In this document: one piece after another, positions 1 to 8,745 of the stretch
Layout: each line of letters begins with the position of its first letter
Numbering within the stretch: position 1 is the stretch's first letter
Source of the DNA: Acidilobaceae archaeon
GTDB lineage: Archaea; Thermoproteota; Thermoprotei_A; Sulfolobales; Acidilobaceae
DNA: 32,044 nt
Assembly: GCA_027057815.1 (NCBI GenBank)
Contig: JALURD010000110.1
Coordinates: 1-32,044 of the forward strand
Direction: 5' to 3'
Translations under genes and position numbers: made by a program
Notes under the pieces: generated by a model
Database searches by the model: none
What the model was told of the DNA's origin: nothing
What the model saw: only the letters and a program-made list of their open reading frames with translations

Positions 1-362
1 AGTCAGCTAACGGTCCTTTATCCCCTGGCGATGTTGTTTACATACGCAATCCTGGCACCTTCGAGAGGGACGCAGTTAAAGCGTTAGCTGAGGTTCCTGT
101 GCTGGCAATCCTCCTCGACGAAGCCACGGGGGGGCTGGCCTCCACTCTTGAGAGGAGCGGCGTGCCCGTCTTCCGGCTAGCCGATTACCTGTACATTAAG
201 TTCAAGGATATCATTCTAGTCAAATCCAAAATTAGAGATGACGCTGTCCGCAGAAGGGAAGAGCTGGAGATGATGAGAGCTAGCCAGGTTAACCTTGAGC
301 GCATCATTGAGGAGTATAGGAGGGAGCGTGCTAGACGCTTAAGAGGGCACAGGAAGGCCTAG
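1..362 (+). CDS. 3' end of a CDS that begins upstream of the window; uncharacterised protein with a charged helical C-terminal tail
   Basis: Frame 3 is open from the window edge (nt 3) to TAG at 360-362. The tracked ORF 99..362 is only its last GTG-initiated part. No family recognised by eye. The tail RRREELEMMRASQVNLERIIEEYRRERARRLR is basic and coiled-coil-like. Its stop overlaps the convergent Alba stop by 4 nt. Confidence 0.5.
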   Translation, partial: SANGPLSPGDVVYIRNPGTFERDAVKALAEVPVLAILLDEATGGLASTLERSGVPVFRLADYLYIKFKDIILVKSKIRDDAVRRREELEMMRASQVNLERIIEEYRRERARRLRGHRKA

Positions 363-661
363 CCGCTCTCCTCCTCCGACGGTTTAGCAAGGATTATCTC
401 GATTGTGGAAACTGTTCTCTTCCTGCCACTCTCGTCCACGATCTCCTCGCTTCCTATCTTGACGTCCTTAACCACTAAGTTCTTCATGTACATGTGCCTG
501 ACGCGTTCAGCGGTGTCAACCGCCTTGCAGATGTTCTTCCCCCTAGCTCTGATTATGACTTCTTCCGCCCCCTCACTGAAGAGCCTTATGACGGCTAGGA
601 CGTAATTATTTATCTCCTTTTTACCGATTAGAACCGCATTAGCTGGATGCGGGGTTGCCAT
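359..661 (-). CDS. albA: Alba (Sso10b/Sac10b family) DNA/RNA-binding chromatin protein
   Basis: NAVLIGKKEINNYVLAVIRLF..EVIIRARGKNICKAVDTAERVR...VSTIEIIL is the classic Alba pattern. I prefer ATG at 661 (MATPHPANAVLIGKK) over the tracked TTG at 709. A TATA-like TTTAATAAA (715-723, minus) and a GAGGTG Shine-Dalgarno 9 nt before ATG 661 both lie inside the longer ORF. Confidence 0.93.
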   Translation of the reverse strand: MATPHPANAVLIGKKEINNYVLAVIRLFSEGAEEVIIRARGKNICKAVDTAERVRHMYMKNLVVKDVKIGSEEIVDESGRKRTVSTIEIILAKPSEEESG

Positions 662-714
662 GCCTGGACGCACCTCTACACCGCTCACCAAGAAGCGGGC
701 TTCCCCCAAGTCGG

Positions 715-723
715 TTTATTAAA
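715..723 (-). promoter_or_regulatory. TATA-box-like element of the Alba promoter
   Basis: The minus strand reads TTTAATAAA. It sits about 58 nt upstream of ATG 661, which is compatible with a roughly 30-nt leader carrying GAGGTG. Confidence 0.4.
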
Positions 724-742
724 TTCATTGCGCCCACACAGC

Positions 743-1429
743 CTACGCTCTGCCCTGTATTCTTTCTACAAATGACCTACCCACTATAGTAACCGTGGCT
801 ATATGGCTACCCTCAAGTTTGGAGAGCGCCTCTTCAAGGCCTTCAAGTGCCTTTGAACCGAATAATCTCGACCCCTTAGACTCAACGTAGGCTGCCTGGA
901 CGCCATCATTGCATATAACCATGTCTGCGTGGTCTAAGTCGCCTAGCCTCCTGAAGGAGACCACCGCACAGTCTTCGCCAGCCGTTTTCACGGCCTCCTC
1001 CACGATCTCCCTAAGCGAGGTTGGAGCCGTGAATCTTAGGTTACTTGTAGATTTACCTTCAAGTATTAGGTCTGCCCTAAAGACGGGCTCGGCTAAGTAC
1101 CTGCTTGCTGCTTCAATGTCTGGGCCTGTCTTTAACGAGGCAGGCGTTGGTCTTAACCTGGCTACTGCTAATTCTTTCTCCTCCTCGGGCTCAACCTCTC
1201 TTACAACCTCTAGGTCAATCTCTATTCCACCCGTGTACCTAGTCACCTTTGCAATCTTGTAGCCTCGATGCTTAGCCCATACCTGTACGTCGAATGCCTC
1301 CCCCTCAGTAGAGACTCTAACAGTCACCGACCCTCTCCTCTTCAACGTCTTTTCAATCAGCTTATATGGGAGAATCCACTTCTGCTGAGTTAAATCGAGT
1401 TTTTCACTCAAAACCTGACCCCTCCCCAT
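743..1429 (-). CDS. Hypothetical two-domain protein; the N-terminal ~65 aa resemble a TusA/SirA-like fold lacking the catalytic Cys
   Basis: 228-aa ORF, divergent from the DsrE-like gene. The N-terminal segment LPYKLIEKTLKRRGSVTVRVSTEGEAFDVQVWAKHRGYKIAKV resembles the TusA pattern (xPxPLLKxKKAL...V..D...A..DI..WAK..GH.L), but the CPxP cysteine position reads ILPY. The C-terminal domain was not recognised. Confidence 0.55.
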   Translation of the reverse strand: MGRGQVLSEKLDLTQQKWILPYKLIEKTLKRRGSVTVRVSTEGEAFDVQVWAKHRGYKIAKVTRYTGGIEIDLEVVREVEPEEEKELAVARLRPTPASLKTGPDIEAASRYLAEPVFRADLILEGKSTSNLRFTAPTSLREIVEEAVKTAGEDCAVVSFRRLGDLDHADMVICNDGVQAAYVESKGSRLFGSKALEGLEEALSKLEGSHIATVTIVGRSFVERIQGRA

Positions 1430-1528
1430 TCTGGTAGTCTCTATAGGGGTACCCGCCTGAAGGCTGGCAGGGTCTGGAGTGTTAAAGGTTTAACAGTGCG
1501 ACCTCAGTGGGTTTAGCCGAGGCGGAGG

Positions 1529-1954
1529 GTGCGTTTCTACATGGATGGAGAAAGGGGGAAGAGGTTAGTCATAGTTCTAGCGTCCAATGAAGCCACAAGG
1601 GTTATGTTAGCTTTCGTGACTGCCGCGGTAAGCGCTGAGATGGGTAATGAGACCTACCTTATAGTGACCCTTAACGGCATTGACGCCATAGTCAAGGGCC
1701 AGGCCTCTAAGCTAAGGGTCGAAAAGGGGTTCGTAGGCTCAGTGCTCAAGAAGAGGATGAGCGCTGCTGGGCTCCCACAGAACATGGAGGACCTCTACAA
1801 GCTCGCTAGAAAGAATGGAGTTAAGGTTTACGTCGACCAGATGTCTCTAAGGATCAGCGGGTTGAGGCGTGAGGACCTACTAGACTTCGACGAGCTGGTC
1901 GGCCCAGGCACTATTGCAGAGATGACCGCACACTACAACTCCATAGTCTTTTAA
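1529..1954 (+). CDS. DsrE/DsrF-like (DrsE_2 / COG2210-type) family protein, cysteine-free variant
   Basis: KRLVIVLASNE...AFVTAAVSAEMG...VKVYVDQMSLRISGLRREDLLD..ELVG...SIVF matches the layout of DsrE2/DsrE3-type proteins. The real start is probably ATG 1541 (MDGERGK) rather than GTG 1529. Confidence 0.72.
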   Translation: MRFYMDGERGKRLVIVLASNEATRVMLAFVTAAVSAEMGNETYLIVTLNGIDAIVKGQASKLRVEKGFVGSVLKKRMSAAGLPQNMEDLYKLARKNGVKVYVDQMSLRISGLRREDLLDFDELVGPGTIAEMTAHYNSIVF

Positions 1955-1998
1955 CGCATTTTTAATTCAATCCTATCCTAACCTCCAGCCAGGGGCTA

Positions 1999-3327
1999 AT
2001 GATGGCCTGTAACCCCGTAGAAGACGCAAAGAATCTCGTAGGCATTATCCTTAAAGCATCTAAGCTAGAAGACCGGGTGAGGAATTTCATCGAGAGCGGG
2101 GGGATAGGCAAAGAGCTAGAGGGCAGGAGAATTATAGTTCTAGCGCTAGGTAAAGCGGCGCCAGCGATGGCCAGAGGCGTTATTCAGGCGCTAGGCAGGG
2201 TTGACGGTGGAGTAGTAGCCACTATAAGGGGCGTTGACGTTACTGGCCTGGAGGGTGTTGAGGTAGTCTACGGCAGCCATCCCGTCCCTGACGAGTCCAG
2301 CATAAGGGCTGGCGAAGCCTTACTAGAGTGGGCTGAGAACGCTAGTGATGATGATGTCCTCTTCGTGCTCGTGAGTGGGGGAGGCAGTGCGATAGCCGAG
2401 GTGCCCCTAGACCCATTAACGCTAGACGATGTTAAAGCAACATACCGGGCCCTCCTCGACTCCGGGGCCCCTATTGACGAGATTAACACTGTGAGGAAGC
2501 ACCTCTCCAAGATCAAAGGTGGAAGGCTAGCTGCGGCTAGAGGGAAAGGCTCAACACTCATAGGCCTCTATGCCAGCGATGTACCCGGAGACAGGCTCGA
2601 GTATATCGCCAGCGGCCCTACAGTTCCCGACCCCACAACCTACCATGACGCACTCCGCGTAATCGAGCTTAGGGGAATCAGGCACAGAATCCCCGCCAAG
2701 GTCCTCGAGGTCCTCGAGGCAGGAGCGCAGGGACGTATCCCAGAGACTCCCAAGCCGGGCGATCCAGTCTTCGATAACACAATAAATGAACTCGTAGCAG
2801 CCAATGTAGATGTTCTTAGAGAGGCTGGGAGATTCCTTGAAAGACGCGGTTACAGAGTTATCATCCTGACAAGTAGGCTCGAGGGGGAGGCTCGTGAGCT
2901 AGGATTCTTCCTAGCCTCTTTGAGCCTTGAAGCCCTTGAAAGGGGGATCCCTGAAAAACCGCCCTTAGCCATCATAGCGGGGGGAGAGGCCACAGTCACA
3001 GTATCAGGGACAAGCCCGAAGGGGAGGGGTGGAAGGAATACTGAGTTGGCGTTGGCCTGGGCTCTACGGATGAATTATTGGGGAGCGCCGAGAGGGAGAA
3101 CCGCGATTCTCTCCATGGATACAGATGGTATTGACGGCGACTCACCCGCCGCTGGAGCCGTGGTCTCCCCTGAGATGATAGATGAAGCTATTAGGGCCGG
3201 CCTAGACCCGTGGCGTAGCCTCTACAATCACGACTCCTACACCGTCCTAGCTAAAATCGGCGCCGCCGTCGAGACCGGGCCTACAGGGTCTAACTTGAAC
3301 AGCGTCACAGTAGTACTGCTATGCTAG
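1999..3327 (+). CDS. gck: Glycerate 2-kinase (MOFRL / DUF4147 family)
   Basis: N-terminal IIVLALGKAAPAMA and VSGGGSA, plus the C-terminal MOFRL signature IIAGGEATVTV.G...GRGGRNTELALA and SMDTDGIDG. Confidence 0.88.
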   Translation: MMACNPVEDAKNLVGIILKASKLEDRVRNFIESGGIGKELEGRRIIVLALGKAAPAMARGVIQALGRVDGGVVATIRGVDVTGLEGVEVVYGSHPVPDESSIRAGEALLEWAENASDDDVLFVLVSGGGSAIAEVPLDPLTLDDVKATYRALLDSGAPIDEINTVRKHLSKIKGGRLAAARGKGSTLIGLYASDVPGDRLEYIASGPTVPDPTTYHDALRVIELRGIRHRIPAKVLEVLEAGAQGRIPETPKPGDPVFDNTINELVAANVDVLREAGRFLERRGYRVIILTSRLEGEARELGFFLASLSLEALERGIPEKPPLAIIAGGEATVTVSGTSPKGRGGRNTELALAWALRMNYWGAPRGRTAILSMDTDGIDGDSPAAGAVVSPEMIDEAIRAGLDPWRSLYNHDSYTVLAKIGAAVETGPTGSNLNSVTVVLLC

Positions 3328-3340
3328 CTGCATGGCTCCC

Positions 3341-4909
3341 TTACCTGATTAATGTTTTGAGCGCGTCTTCGACCTTCTCTTCCAGCTCTGCGAGTATCCA
3401 CCGGGCTTGAGTCTTGACGCCTCTCTCCCCACCAGCGCATACTACCCTCTCCTCCCCCGCCACGATAACTTCATCGAACTCCTCTCCATTGAATACTCTC
3501 CTGACACACTCGGCCTCCGGGAACCAGACTGCCTCAAGGTCTCCAGAGCTGTACCTGTAGCTACCCCAGTTAACGGCCCTCAGGAAACCCCTGGCTAGCT
3601 CCCTATAGACGGGATCCCAGCCCACTCTAGCCGCCGTAGCCTCTATGAGGTAGAGCATTCTCCGGGACCTGAGAGGGCCCGACCCAAGGAGCTCCCTATA
3701 GAATGCTTGCAGGGATCCCCAGCTGGGCTTAGCCGCTGACCCAGCTACTCTAACAGCTACCTCTACAGCCTTCCAGGCCGTGGGCCAGTCGACTTTCTCC
3801 GGCGAGTCCTCGGGAGTATGGTATATTGCTCTTACATCGTCACTCCATAGACTATGAAGCGAGAGCGTCGGGATCCCGGTCCACATGGCAGCCTGGAAGC
3901 TGTCGCACTCTGGGCACTCGCAGCACCTGACTCTGAAACCCCCACCTTCCCCCAGGAGACCCAAGAGCTGCGGCGCTCCGCTGACCACGAGGTCCCCAGC
4001 GGCTAGGTCAAAGTTCACGTAGGCCGCTATCTCGCTGGAAAGGCTTGCCCTCCGGAGCTCCATGAAGTAGAGCCTGCTCCCCCAGGCCCAGTACCAGCCC
4101 GCGAAACCCGGGGCCCCCTGCTCTTCTGCAGTGAATAACACCAATCTAACCCGGAGGCCTCTCCTCTCCAGCTCCGAAGCAGCCGCAATAGACTGTGCCA
4201 CGCCCAGAGCGTCGTCTAAGAAGCCCCCCTCCCACTTGTCATGGTGGGCGCCCACGACTACTAATGGGCCTCCGCCGCCCAGGTCTGCCTCTAGAGTTAC
4301 ACCCTGTGATTCCACGGTGTCCGCTTCGACCCAAACCCTGGCCCAGCCCTCTCTAAGAATACTTGAAGCTGTAGCGTGGTCCACGCACAGCACGGGTATG
4401 GGGGGCGGGGATCCCGCCCAGTAAGGGTAGCCCCAGACGCCGGTCGCGACTATGGTCCTAGGCCTCTTACACGCGAGCACGAGGGCTTTGGCGCCATGCT
4501 CCCATGCGAGTAGAGCTGCCGCTTTCAACTCGTCGGGGTTGGGGGGTTCCTCGGCTACAGCCACTTGTGACCCTGTATACGACGCCCAGCTAGCCGGCTC
4601 AGAAGGATCCCCCGGGACATACTCGGCCCTTCCCTCGACGTCGGCTGACAGGCTATAGGGCTGGACGCGTAGCCACCCGGATAGAGGTTCTACCCCACCC
4701 TCTCTGAGGCGCCAAGCTGTTAGAGGCACGGGGATCCTCCTAGGCCTAACCCCCAACACATCCTCCACGAGACCGGATATCGCGTCAACGACCTCACGCT
4801 CGGCGCGCGTGCCTGCCAGAACCGGGGCTGGCCTCCACACCCTCATTGAATACTCCCTGAGCCTTTCAGGGCCACTAACGCCTTCGCGATAACCCTGCAC
4901 TACCGGCAT
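3341..4909 (-). CDS. M28-family (aminopeptidase-like) zinc metallopeptidase
   Basis: Metal-ligand pattern in order: GAHHDKW, DDALGVA, LFTAEEQG, NFD, YHTPEDS. This gene is noticeably GC-rich compared with the rest of the window. Confidence 0.72.
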   Translation of the reverse strand: MPVVQGYREGVSGPERLREYSMRVWRPAPVLAGTRAEREVVDAISGLVEDVLGVRPRRIPVPLTAWRLREGGVEPLSGWLRVQPYSLSADVEGRAEYVPGDPSEPASWASYTGSQVAVAEEPPNPDELKAAALLAWEHGAKALVLACKRPRTIVATGVWGYPYWAGSPPPIPVLCVDHATASSILREGWARVWVEADTVESQGVTLEADLGGGGPLVVVGAHHDKWEGGFLDDALGVAQSIAAASELERRGLRVRLVLFTAEEQGAPGFAGWYWAWGSRLYFMELRRASLSSEIAAYVNFDLAAGDLVVSGAPQLLGLLGEGGGFRVRCCECPECDSFQAAMWTGIPTLSLHSLWSDDVRAIYHTPEDSPEKVDWPTAWKAVEVAVRVAGSAAKPSWGSLQAFYRELLGSGPLRSRRMLYLIEATAARVGWDPVYRELARGFLRAVNWGSYRYSSGDLEAVWFPEAECVRRVFNGEEFDEVIVAGEERVVCAGGERGVKTQARWILAELEEKVEDALKTLIR

Positions 4910-4981
4910 CCTCGGCCTCCCTCGGGCTGGCCCCCAATTAATTCTGTCAAGGCCCCACCTAGCCGTGGGGGTGTCCCTGGA

Positions 4982-5470
4982 ATGTTCCTTGTCGGCAGAG
5001 AGGCCGCGTATTACCTGGGTCTGCTCGGAGGGATCTCGCCCGAGAGCCTGCAGCCTGCAGGCGTTGATTTAAGCGTCTCCGAGGTTGAAGTTTTGGAGGA
5101 GCAGGGCTTCCTCGGCCGGCTCGCTAAGGGGATCCCGCGTGGGAGGCCCGTCGATTGTCCTGGCGGCGTGTGTAGCCTTGCCCCGGGCGTCTACAGGATA
5201 CGCTTCAAGGAGGCTGTGGATGTTCCTATGTGGGCTGTGGGCTTCTGTTACCCTCGGAGTAGCCTACTTAGAATGGGGGCGGCACTGTTCTGCGCTGTCT
5301 GGGATCCCGGCTACAAGGGTAGGGGCCAAGCGCTCCTGGCTGTATTCAACCCTCACGGTATAAAGCTGGAGATGGGAGCTAGAATAGCGCAGTTCGTCCT
5401 CGCCAGGCTCGAGAAGCTGCCAGAAAAAGGGTATAGTGGGTCGTTCCAGGGCGAGGGCCTTAAGGGTTAG
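4982..5470 (+). CDS. dut: dUTPase / dCTP-deaminase-superfamily protein (archaeal dUTP diphosphatase type)
   Basis: 162 aa with PRSSLLRMG, VWDPGYKGRG and ARIAQFV motifs typical of the trimeric Dcd/Dut family. Confidence 0.82.
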   Translation: MFLVGREAAYYLGLLGGISPESLQPAGVDLSVSEVEVLEEQGFLGRLAKGIPRGRPVDCPGGVCSLAPGVYRIRFKEAVDVPMWAVGFCYPRSSLLRMGAALFCAVWDPGYKGRGQALLAVFNPHGIKLEMGARIAQFVLARLEKLPEKGYSGSFQGEGLKG

Positions 5471-5619
5471 GCGTCGCTTTTCAGAGCCTCCAGTATGTAG
5501 TCCAACGCTATTGCAGCGTACAGCACCACATAGATTATAGACTCGCTCGTTGACGCCTCCTTCCCTATTAGGTATACGAAGAGGCCAGCTATCATTAACC
5601 TGAAGTACTTGAGAATCAT
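5467..5619 (-). CDS. Possible 50-aa small hydrophobic protein (below the ORF-track size cut-off)
   Basis: Hand translation gives ATG(5619) MILKYFRLMIAGLFVYLIGKEASTSESIIYVVLYAAIALDYILEALKSDA TAA(5467-5469). It has two hydrophobic stretches. Its stop overlaps the dut stop in a 4-nt TTAG tail-to-tail arrangement. There is no homology evidence. Confidence 0.2.
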   Translation of the reverse strand: MILKYFRLMIAGLFVYLIGKEASTSESIIYVVLYAAIALDYILEALKSDA

Positions 5620-5874
5620 TCCATTCTCATGGTCTCAGTTCCCCTTTTCCGAGACCCTGCTCGCCTCCAACTGAATAGACTCCACCGGAGTTAATATTCA
5701 TGTGGTATTGTATGAAGCCTACATCATTATTATTAATTTATGTTGCTCTAAACCAACGTTAAAACCACGCCTAGACTCCCCCTTCTTGGGAAGACCGCTT
5801 TAACTGTTATTGACTCCCCTTACGTGTTAATCTAAGCTCGACGGCATGGCTGCCCCCTGTGAATTCACGACGAG

Positions 5875-8745
5875 GTGTGGTGCTTGCTTAAGCTAGCGTT
5901 TAGGAATAGAGCAGCCCTGATCGCATTCATAGTTGCTGTATTATCGTCGTTTCTAGTCGCGGGTTCTGCAGCTGTAGCCTTTGGGCCGATATTTGAGAAT
6001 CTTATAGAGAAAGCACTCGCAGTTTACTGGCACTCCATAGCAAGTGGAGGATATACCGAGAGCATGTTTATACACTCAACCGCTGGCAGTAGTGGCTACG
6101 AATCCGTGGCTTTAGCCTTCAATGAGAGCCTAGACAACATGCTTACCGACATATCCACAGTTTTAGGGGCTCTCAAGGAGCGCGACTCATGTGTTGGCGG
6201 CTATGCAGCGCTTGGCCACTTAAACGTGCAAGTCGATAGCTTATCCATGCATGTACTCATCTACCAGGGATCCCCTAAAGGCGAGGCTGTCTACTATTAC
6301 CTTGCTAGGATCCCGGACAATGTTAACTTGAGCCTTGGCCTTGACGCTAAGCCCATTAATGGACTTGACGATTTACCAGACTACCTCTCTAAGGCTATTA
6401 CTGCATCTGCGTCCATGGGCATAGCCCAGGAGGTCGCTTTAGAACTCTCTCCTGAAGCTAGCTTCGTCGAGCCTCAGGTAATCATAATATTGGACGGTTT
6501 AAGCGAGGATAAAGTCAAGGGCATCGTAGCAAGTTTAGCAGAGATAATCGGAGGCATTAATGGTTCCTCCGCTAGCGATGTTTACATATCTTCAGGTTAT
6601 GCCGTGCTACTCCACTACAAGGATGAATGCATCCTTAAGTGGATAGGTGAGGGGAGCATTCAGAAGCATTTAATGACGAGTATGGTACTGCCTAACAGTG
6701 ACACTCTCTTCTTCAACGCAAACCCTGAGCTTACTTCTAACCAGGCGTTAGACGCCTTCAGGGTTCTATCAACAGTCGTCTTCATCACCTTCCTCGCTGG
6801 TTTACTAGTAATTGTACCTGTGACGTCTCAGATGGCAGTTGCAAGCGAGGCTAGATCGGCTGCGCTAGCCCGACTTAGAGGCGCCTCGCCTAGAAGCCAG
6901 TCGATCCCCGTGTTGGCCGCCAGCCTCGTATACTCATCGCTTGGAGTGACTGCTGGCGTAGCCGGAACTCTTGGCCTTGTGTGGGCTGGTCTCTCGCGGG
7001 ACGCGGCTAAGGCCATCCTCTACGGCCTGGAGGGCTGGAGTACGCTGGCGTCGCTAGTGGTAGCTGGCGCTGCATCCGGATTGATAGCGTGGAGGCCGTG
7101 GTCCAGGGTAGTGACGTCCATGGATCCACTAGAGACCGCCCGAGACCCATCTAAGATCTTGCCTAAGCCGGGATCCCCCGGCAGGCTTACTTGGCTGCTG
7201 GCAGGGATAGCAGCTTACCACGCGGCCAGGGTTATTGTGGGATGGAGTGCCTTGGAGTATCTGGGAGGCCACGGGCCCCCTCCGGGCTTCCTAGGAGTTC
7301 TCCTAGGAGTTCTAGCTATGATTGAAGTAGTGTCAACACCATTTGCACCGGTAATTGCTGCATATGCAGCTGCGAAGATACTGCCCAGGTACTTCGAGAG
7401 AATGCTCTCCATACTATACTCCATCCTTGACAGGATCAACTTGAGCGTCGCGACACGAGGGGTTGCAAGGCTCTCCATACCCCTCTTTGCTGGGCTAAGC
7501 GGCATACTAGTCTTCGCCTTTGCCATGGCCGGAGCGGCTGGTAGCCTCGAAGCAGGCGTTGAAGGCCTACTTAGTCAGTCTCTAGACTTATCATTAGGGG
7601 CCGACAACGTCCAAATCTACGCAGTCTATAATGTGAGCCTCGACGACGCAGCCAAGCTGGCAGGCACAATACAAGACTCATGTGGAACCAACTGTCTCGT
7701 GGCGCTCTCTATCCCGGCTTATTTATCTGTAGGAGTACAGGCCTCCGAGGCGCCTCTCCCCTCCAAAGAGGGTGGAACCCCTACACTTGTAGTCGTGCAT
7801 ACAAGTGGATACTCTGGGCCCGCAAGCATTCTGGCTTATCCAGACCCCTCACTTGCACTAGAAGTGCTTCACTTTAAGTACGTCCGAAACGATGTTATGG
7901 GCGACCCACATTCAGCAATTAACGATATAGAGAAGGGCCTCGCGATACTTTCTGATATTGGGGTAGGAGTTCAGAAAACTCTTGTGGATAGAGAGGCTAC
8001 TATTCTACTAGAAAGCAGTAGTGAGGCCAGGTTCACGGTTAAGATAGCAGATATCTGGAGGCCATGGCCGGGCCATGCAGTGTTTAGTCGACAACCCATA
8101 GTAATTGTTAGTTTAGACAGGCTTAGAGACTCTATCTACAACGACATTATGCTGGAAAGCGTCTTGATAATAATCTATTCCGACTCGGGCTTAACGGGGA
8201 TCCCTGAAGGCTTACCGGTTAGGTTGTTAACGTCCATTGATAAGGATAGAGTTGTAACGTCTGAAGAGTATCAGGACCTCCTTGACCTAATGAAAATCTC
8301 TACGGGCGCCAGAAGCATGTCTATAGCTGCTATAACAGTCCTCGCCCTGGCGATTGTAGCGTCTTTGGTTGCTTCAGGACTAGCTAGCATAGTGCTCGAG
8401 TCAGCCCTAGCTCCACTAAGGCTTAGAGGACTTGCATTCTCTAAGGCGCTTCTGGCAACACTGCTCCCCTTAGCTTTACTCGTACTCGTCGCAGCCGCTG
8501 TTGGATTACCCGCAGGGGTGGCAACGGGTAGACTGTATCTCTTACCGCTTACATCAACGACTCCACCTAACACCGTTGATGTGAGCGGTATAACTATAGT
8601 AATGGCTGCTAGCCCGCCGTTAGGCCTTACCGGAGCATCCATAATTGCGTATTTGACTACAGCGTTGGCGCCCATTGCTTTTCTATTGTTAATACTATCC
8701 AGGCTCCTCCGGGGCCCTGCTTCCAAGTGGGCTAGAGGTGCGTAA
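5875..8745 (+). CDS. ABC transporter permease, MacB/FtsX type, with duplicated FtsX modules and two large extracytoplasmic domains
   Basis: N-terminus LLKLAFRNRAALIAFIV is typical of FtsX-family permeases. By eye there are about 10 hydrophobic helices, arranged 1 + large loop + 3, then 3 + large loop + 3. GTG start (TTG at 5884 is also possible). The stop overlaps the ATPase ATG by 1 nt (TAATG). Confidence 0.85.
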   Translation: MWCLLKLAFRNRAALIAFIVAVLSSFLVAGSAAVAFGPIFENLIEKALAVYWHSIASGGYTESMFIHSTAGSSGYESVALAFNESLDNMLTDISTVLGALKERDSCVGGYAALGHLNVQVDSLSMHVLIYQGSPKGEAVYYYLARIPDNVNLSLGLDAKPINGLDDLPDYLSKAITASASMGIAQEVALELSPEASFVEPQVIIILDGLSEDKVKGIVASLAEIIGGINGSSASDVYISSGYAVLLHYKDECILKWIGEGSIQKHLMTSMVLPNSDTLFFNANPELTSNQALDAFRVLSTVVFITFLAGLLVIVPVTSQMAVASEARSAALARLRGASPRSQSIPVLAASLVYSSLGVTAGVAGTLGLVWAGLSRDAAKAILYGLEGWSTLASLVVAGAASGLIAWRPWSRVVTSMDPLETARDPSKILPKPGSPGRLTWLLAGIAAYHAARVIVGWSALEYLGGHGPPPGFLGVLLGVLAMIEVVSTPFAPVIAAYAAAKILPRYFERMLSILYSILDRINLSVATRGVARLSIPLFAGLSGILVFAFAMAGAAGSLEAGVEGLLSQSLDLSLGADNVQIYAVYNVSLDDAAKLAGTIQDSCGTNCLVALSIPAYLSVGVQASEAPLPSKEGGTPTLVVVHTSGYSGPASILAYPDPSLALEVLHFKYVRNDVMGDPHSAINDIEKGLAILSDIGVGVQKTLVDREATILLESSSEARFTVKIADIWRPWPGHAVFSRQPIVIVSLDRLRDSIYNDIMLESVLIIIYSDSGLTGIPEGLPVRLLTSIDKDRVVTSEEYQDLLDLMKISTGARSMSIAAITVLALAIVASLVASGLASIVLESALAPLRLRGLAFSKALLATLLPLALLVLVAAAVGLPAGVATGRLYLLPLTSTTPPNTVDVSGITIVMAASPPLGLTGASIIAYLTTALAPIAFLLLILSRLLRGPASKWARGA

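Noticed and set aside
662-709. N-terminal extension of Alba from the TTG at 709.
   Set aside because: The extension would swallow the TATA-like box and the GAGGTG Shine-Dalgarno. Alba proteins normally begin a few residues before the VLIGKK motif, as from ATG 661.
5846-5896. 16-codon mini-ORF (MAAPCEFTTRCGACLS) overlapping the permease start.
   Set aside because: It is too short, has no supporting signal, and lies out of frame with the permease. It most likely arises by chance in the leader region.
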